Positions 63,174 to 64,000 of a stretch of DNA of 64,000 bases are shown piece after piece; position 1 is the first letter of the stretch; each line of letters opens with the position of its first letter. The notes under the pieces are model-generated. The model was not told the DNA's origin. It did not search any database and worked only from the letters and a program-made list of their open reading frames with translations. Source of the stretch: Podarcis filfolensis (Eukaryota); NCBI GenBank assembly GCA_964270895.1, contig OZ185440.1, one strand, 5' to 3'. Made by a program: the position numbers and the translations under genes.

Positions 63174-64000
63174 GCAGAGCATGGTGAAGGGTGAGGAGTG
63201 GATAGTACCCACCATACAAAATCTTAGGGTTCCCATAGCATCTAGGAATGAGAGACAAGGCCAATTCTACTTCGGCTGGCTGGAAATATTTGTTTTTATT
63301 TTTAAAAAGGTGTTCTTCTAGTATACTGGATGTGGTTTGCAGAAGCAGCACATCTGATATGCATCATCTAAAAATGTAGTTCCTCAGATTTTGGAGTCCT
63401 GGGACTCCAAGCATATTGGGACCTTCCACTCCCCTCCCTTTTTTGTTTAATACTTCTAAACCTCCATGGGGAAAATTGAATTTTTAAATAACAGAAAGAA
63501 CCTGGGAGTTTAATGCAGCAATGGGCAACTTGTTCTGCACTGAGAAGCATATCTGAAATCTGTCATGAGCCGGAGGGATGCAGCTAAGGTGCATAATTCC
63601 GTTTCATGTAATTTTGATTTTATATAGTTATATTTTGCATAATTAAGGCAATTTGCATATCATCTCCCTGAATGTGGCCGGCGCCCAAGCACCATTGGCA
63701 GACAGGCTGCTCCTCTTTCACATGGTTCCAACTATGAAATTGATGCCCTCAAAGGTGAAAAAATATGAGTCAGAATTGGACTCACCTGACCCATATTAAC
63801 AGTCCACAATGTGAGAAGAAGCCCAACATGTGCAGGAAGCGTCTGAAAGGTAACACTGAAGGACAAAACAAACAGTAATATCTGCAACACAAGGGCACTG
63901 GGGCTGGCTTACAGCTGGCTGTTTCACACATTACAGGGCAATAAACCTGGGTTTATACTTGACAGGGAGCTATAGCGAGTTCTGATTCCCTGATTACCGG

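Noticed and set aside
1-64000. Prokaryotic systems (operons, CRISPR arrays, defence islands)
   Set aside because: The sequence is vertebrate intronic/intergenic DNA with CpG depletion, SINEs and microsatellites; there are no spaced direct-repeat arrays or dense ORFs.

Overview
Eukaryotic, vertebrate DNA, not microbial. The repeat content (Sauria SINEs, BovB/RTE, CR1, L2, tRNA-head SINEs, hAT and Tc1/mariner MITEs) points to a squamate, probably a lacertid lizard (inference). Nearly all ORFs in the supplied track look like noise. The real biology is on the minus strand and is below the track's 60-aa cutoff. (1) An unambiguous mir-135b-type precursor at 20824-20909. (2) A 33-aa micropeptide ORF at 6799-6900 (MPQFTFACFCGLHGFCKMKRKKEEPSAEQETAV) directly behind a strong splice acceptor; I recognise it as the small ORF of the BLACAT1 'lncRNA' that hosts MIR135B at the mammalian LEMD1/BLACAT1 locus. 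(3) Candidate upstream exons (22421-22566; donor at 25863) and a candidate TATA-like/TCF-site promoter near 26.3-26.45 kb. Together these suggest one transcript giving both a microRNA and a conserved micropeptide. Also notable: a heavily decayed retroviral env-like remnant at about 0.26-1.45 kb, a composite tRNA-Gly + tRNA-Asn + CR1-tail retroposon at 29183-29412, a young 5'-truncated BovB, and many MITEs with intact target-site duplications. Family and orthology names come from my recall of the sequences; no database search was run.
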